From a bacterium (GTDB lineage Bacteria > Sysuimicrobiota > Sysuimicrobiia > Sysuimicrobiales > Humicultoraceae): a DNA stretch of 52,911 nt. Location: contig JBGPLF010000001.1 of NCBI GenBank assembly GCA_041486265.1, forward strand, positions 1 through 52,911, written 5' to 3'. The notes beneath the pieces are model-generated. The model did no database searches. It saw nothing but the letters and a program-made list of their open reading frames with translations, and had not been told where the DNA came from. Of the stretch, positions 50,186 through 52,911 are shown in pieces. The first letter of the stretch is position 1. Each line of letters begins with the position of its first letter. The position numbers and the translations under genes are program-made.

Positions 50186-52610
50186 GATCAAAGCCGAGAT
50201 GGTCACGCTGACCATCGACGGCCGGATCATGACGGTGCCCAAGGGCACCACCGTGTACCAGGCGGCCCGATCGGCCGGGATCGAGATCCCCGTGTTCTGT
50301 TACCACGATCGGATGCCGCCACTGGGCGCCTGCCGCATGTGCTTCGTCGGTGTGGAGAAGATGCCCAAGCTGCAGACGTCGTGCACGCTGTCTGCCGGCG
50401 ACGGCATGGTGGTGGACACCATCGGTCCGGAAGTGAAGGCGGGTCAGGAAGCCATCCTCGAGTTTCTGCTCATCAATCACCCGCTCGACTGCCCCATCTG
50501 CGACAAGGGCGGCGAGTGCCCTCTCCAAGACCAGACCTATCGGTGGGGTCCGGGCCGCAGCCGGTTCATCGAACCCAAGCGCGATTTCGCCAAGCCGGTC
50601 TCGCTCGGCCCGATCCTGGCGCTTGATCGGGAGCGGTGCATCCTCTGCTGGCGCTGCGTGCGCTTCGGCGAGATCATCGCGGGTGACGACGCCCTCAAGG
50701 GCTTCGAGCGCGGCTTCACCAGCGAGATCAATACGCCGTTCACGCTGCCGGTCGAGTCCAAGTTCATCGGCAACACGATCGCGATCTGCCCGGTGGGCGC
50801 GCTGACCAGCCGGTCGTACCGGTTTCGCGCGCGCCCGTGGGACAACCAGCCCGTCGCGTCGACCTGCACCCACTGCGGGCTGGGATGCGCGATCTGGCAC
50901 GATGTGCGCGGGGGCGAGATTCTGCGCACGCGGGCGCGCGAGGAGCGGGCGATCAACGACATCTGGCTCTGTGATTTGGGGTTCTTCGGGCACGACTACG
51001 TCGGGGCAAAGGACCGATTGACCGCCCCGCTGGTTCGCCGCAACGGCCGGCTCGAAGAAGCCACGTGGGAGGAAGCGGTCGGTCTGGTCGCCACCCGATT
51101 GCGGGCCTCCCGGGAGCGCGGGCGCGGCCGGGTCGCCTTCCTGGGCGGCCGGCGGCTCTCCAATGAAGACGCGTTCATCGCCTCGCGTTTTTTCAGGGAT
51201 GTCATTGGGACGCCGCACCTCGACCACCGGGTCGACGCGCCTCCCGGCAGCGCCAGCCTGGAGGTCCCATGGGGTCTGCGCTCATCGATCGACGAGATCA
51301 GCCGCGGCGACGTGTTCGTTCTGATCGGCTGCGACCTCACCGAGGAGTACCCGGTCCTCTGGCTCCGGATCAAGCAGGCTGTCGATCGCGGGGCCACGCT
51401 CATCGCGGTGCACGCTAAGCATCTGGAGATCCGCCGGCACGCCAGGCATGAACTGGTCGTCCGCTACGATTGCCTGGCGGCCGCCGTCGAGGAACTCGAA
51501 GCGGCGGTCGTCAAGGCCGGCGCCGAGGCTCCGCCGATGGCTGCGGCGATTGCCGCGGGCGAGCGCGTACACATCTTTCTGGGACGGGCGGCGCTGGACG
51601 CGCCTGGTGGTCGGGCGCTCCTGCGGGCAGCCAGCCGCATGGCCGCTCCCACGAACGGCATGCTGCACGTCGCCCGCGGGCGCGGCAACGACATCGGCGC
51701 GCAGCAGTTCGGGCTGACACCGGGCGAAGGCGGGTGGGCTGCACCGGAGATCCTGAGAAGAGCCGCCGCCGGAGAGATCGATGTGCTCTACGTGGCCGGC
51801 AGCGATCCGGCCACCGCGGTCACCGATCATGCCGCCTGGGCCGCCGCCCGCCGCGGCGCAGGGTTCCTCGTCGTGCACGACGCGTTCTTCTCAGCAACGG
51901 CGCAGGCGGCCGACGTGGTCCTGCCCGCTCTGGTGCTGCCCGAGAAGGACGGCACCACGACCAACCTGGAAGGCCGGACGCTTCCGCTGCACGGAGCCGT
52001 GGCCGGGCCGGGGCATGCCCGGGCGGACCGTGAGATTTTCGCCCTCCTGGCCGCGCGCCTGGGGACGACGATGACCTACGCGACAGGTGAAGATCTGCTC
52101 AACGAGATGCGTCGAATGCTGCCTGATCTAGCGGTCGGGGCTATCTCGTCCATCCGGCCTGTCCCTGCGGCGGTTGAGCCTGTTCCAGCCGTCGCCGAGA
52201 CAGTCTCCGCAGCATCCCGCCGCGCCGATGGCGCCGTGGGGCAAGAGGGTTCCCCGCGTGGCGAATCGCCCGCCCTGCTGCTGGTGCCGGTCGATCATCT
52301 CTTTGCCCACGGCAGCATGACCGGGCGGTGCCGGGGTGTGGCAGACCTGGCCGGTGCGCCCCACTGCCTGGTGCATCCCGACGACGCGGGCCGTCTCGGC
52401 ATCCTCGACCGCCGTCTGGTCGAACTGGTCACCGCGCACGGCTCGGCCGTCCTGCAGGCGCGGCTGAGTGACGTCACCGTGCCCGGTCAGGTGCTCGTGC
52501 CTCGCGGCTATGAGGGCGTAGCAATCAACGCCCTGCTCCGCTGGCCCCATGCCTTCATCGAGGTCGAAGTTCGTCCGCTCGTGCTCGCCGCGGCGGGAGG
52601 CGGGTTGTGA
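50175..52610 (+). CDS. nuoG: NADH-quinone oxidoreductase subunit G
   Basis: 811 aa. The N-terminal 2Fe-2S/4Fe-4S Cys clusters are ...CYHDRMPPLGACRMC...HPLDCPICDKGGECPLQD...RCILCWRCVR..., followed by a molybdopterin-oxidoreductase-like body. Confidence 0.95.
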   Translation: MATEIKAEMVTLTIDGRIMTVPKGTTVYQAARSAGIEIPVFCYHDRMPPLGACRMCFVGVEKMPKLQTSCTLSAGDGMVVDTIGPEVKAGQEAILEFLLINHPLDCPICDKGGECPLQDQTYRWGPGRSRFIEPKRDFAKPVSLGPILALDRERCILCWRCVRFGEIIAGDDALKGFERGFTSEINTPFTLPVESKFIGNTIAICPVGALTSRSYRFRARPWDNQPVASTCTHCGLGCAIWHDVRGGEILRTRAREERAINDIWLCDLGFFGHDYVGAKDRLTAPLVRRNGRLEEATWEEAVGLVATRLRASRERGRGRVAFLGGRRLSNEDAFIASRFFRDVIGTPHLDHRVDAPPGSASLEVPWGLRSSIDEISRGDVFVLIGCDLTEEYPVLWLRIKQAVDRGATLIAVHAKHLEIRRHARHELVVRYDCLAAAVEELEAAVVKAGAEAPPMAAAIAAGERVHIFLGRAALDAPGGRALLRAASRMAAPTNGMLHVARGRGNDIGAQQFGLTPGEGGWAAPEILRRAAAGEIDVLYVAGSDPATAVTDHAAWAAARRGAGFLVVHDAFFSATAQAADVVLPALVLPEKDGTTTNLEGRTLPLHGAVAGPGHARADREIFALLAARLGTTMTYATGEDLLNEMRRMLPDLAVGAISSIRPVPAAVEPVPAVAETVSAASRRADGAVGQEGSPRGESPALLLVPVDHLFAHGSMTGRCRGVADLAGAPHCLVHPDDAGRLGILDRRLVELVTAHGSAVLQARLSDVTVPGQVLVPRGYEGVAINALLRWPHAFIEVEVRPLVLAAAGGGL

Positions 52611-52647
52611 CCGCCGGCTCTCCGGGCGCCGCGCAGGGGGCCCGGCC

Positions 52648-52911
52648 ATGACGGGGCTGCTGCTGGGCGCGGCGGTCAAGAGCGCCATCATGCTGGCCAT
52701 GCTGCTGACGGCCTGCATGTACATGACCCTGCTCGAGCGGCGGCTGATTGCCCGCTTCCAACTGCGCTACGGGCCCAACCGGGTGGGTCCCGGTGGCCTC
52801 CTCCAACCCCTGGCCGACGGCCTGAAGCTCATCTTCAAGGAAAGCTTCATGCCCGCCAGCGCCGACGTCCTCGTCTACTGGATTGCGCCGGCCATCACGA
52901 TGATCGCGGCC
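52648..52911 (+). CDS. nuoH: NADH-quinone oxidoreductase subunit H (3' end outside window)
   Basis: It is not in the ORF track because it runs off the window. Translation from ATG 52648 gives MTGLLLGAAVKSAIMLAMLLTACMYMTLLERRLIARFQLRYGPNRVGPGGLLQPLADGLKLIFKE..., the canonical NuoH N-terminus. Confidence 0.9.
   Translation, partial: MTGLLLGAAVKSAIMLAMLLTACMYMTLLERRLIARFQLRYGPNRVGPGGLLQPLADGLKLIFKESFMPASADVLVYWIAPAITMIAA

Noticed and set aside
1-52911. Search for CRISPR arrays, tRNA/rRNA/tmRNA genes, IS elements, integrases, reverse transcriptases and short tandem repeat arrays
   Set aside because: I found none by eye on either strand. The only sizeable repeats are the arfB duplication, the paralog fragment near vapBC, and the paralogous binding-protein genes.

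Overview
This is a high-GC bacterial chromosomal segment (about two-thirds G+C by eye). It has strong GGAGG-type ribosome-binding sites and many 4-nt ATGA/GTGA start/stop overlaps. I saw no rRNA, tRNA, CRISPR array, IS element, integrase or transposase.

Layout:
- Zone 1 (1-8.8 kb) is an accessory island packed with toxin-antitoxin (TA)-type cassettes. It holds a partial HNH nuclease, a DUF4258-like/DUF2283 pair and two ParD-like/ParE cassettes (one toxin frameshifted). It also holds HigA with a decayed HigB, a class-II Fic protein, MazEF, and VapBC with an extended VapB. The ribosome-rescue gene arfB is present as a truncated copy plus an intact copy flanking one cassette. A frameshifted paralog fragment of a neighbouring gene sits next to vapBC.
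- Zone 2 (8.9-14.5 kb) is a translationally coupled M16 peptidase pair plus F420 genes (npdG, cofE). An orphan gene follows that fuses an archaeal-type adenylate-kinase-like P-loop domain to a DNPH1/nucleoside-deoxyribosyltransferase-like domain.
- Zone 3 (14.5-35.4 kb) contains a SIMPL protein and a large catabolic/uptake locus. The locus has two PLP enzymes, an RraA-like aldolase, two enolase-superfamily enzymes, a PrpD/MmgE protein, two paralogous family-5 binding proteins and one permease pair, but no ATPase. After it come a B3/4-domain protein, a DRG/Obg-like TGS GTPase, and a second ATPase-less Dpp-like importer coupled to exoD. A cupredoxin and an FAH-family protein complete the zone.
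- Zone 4 (35.5-41 kb) has a cupin gene immediately upstream of a 1072-aa protein. That protein has an N-terminal Cys-less CHAT-like module and a C-terminal CHAT caspase-like protease with an intact His/Cys dyad. A tandem-domain ThyX follows.
- Zone 5 (41-52.9 kb) is housekeeping: Nudix, phosphoesterase, PQQ-type sugar dehydrogenase, cysteine desulfurase, and nuoA-H (nuoH truncated by the window).

The best candidates for something undescribed are the cupin/double-CHAT module, the kinase-NDT fusion, and the arfB-embedded TA island. All family calls are by-eye motif recognition and need profile searches.
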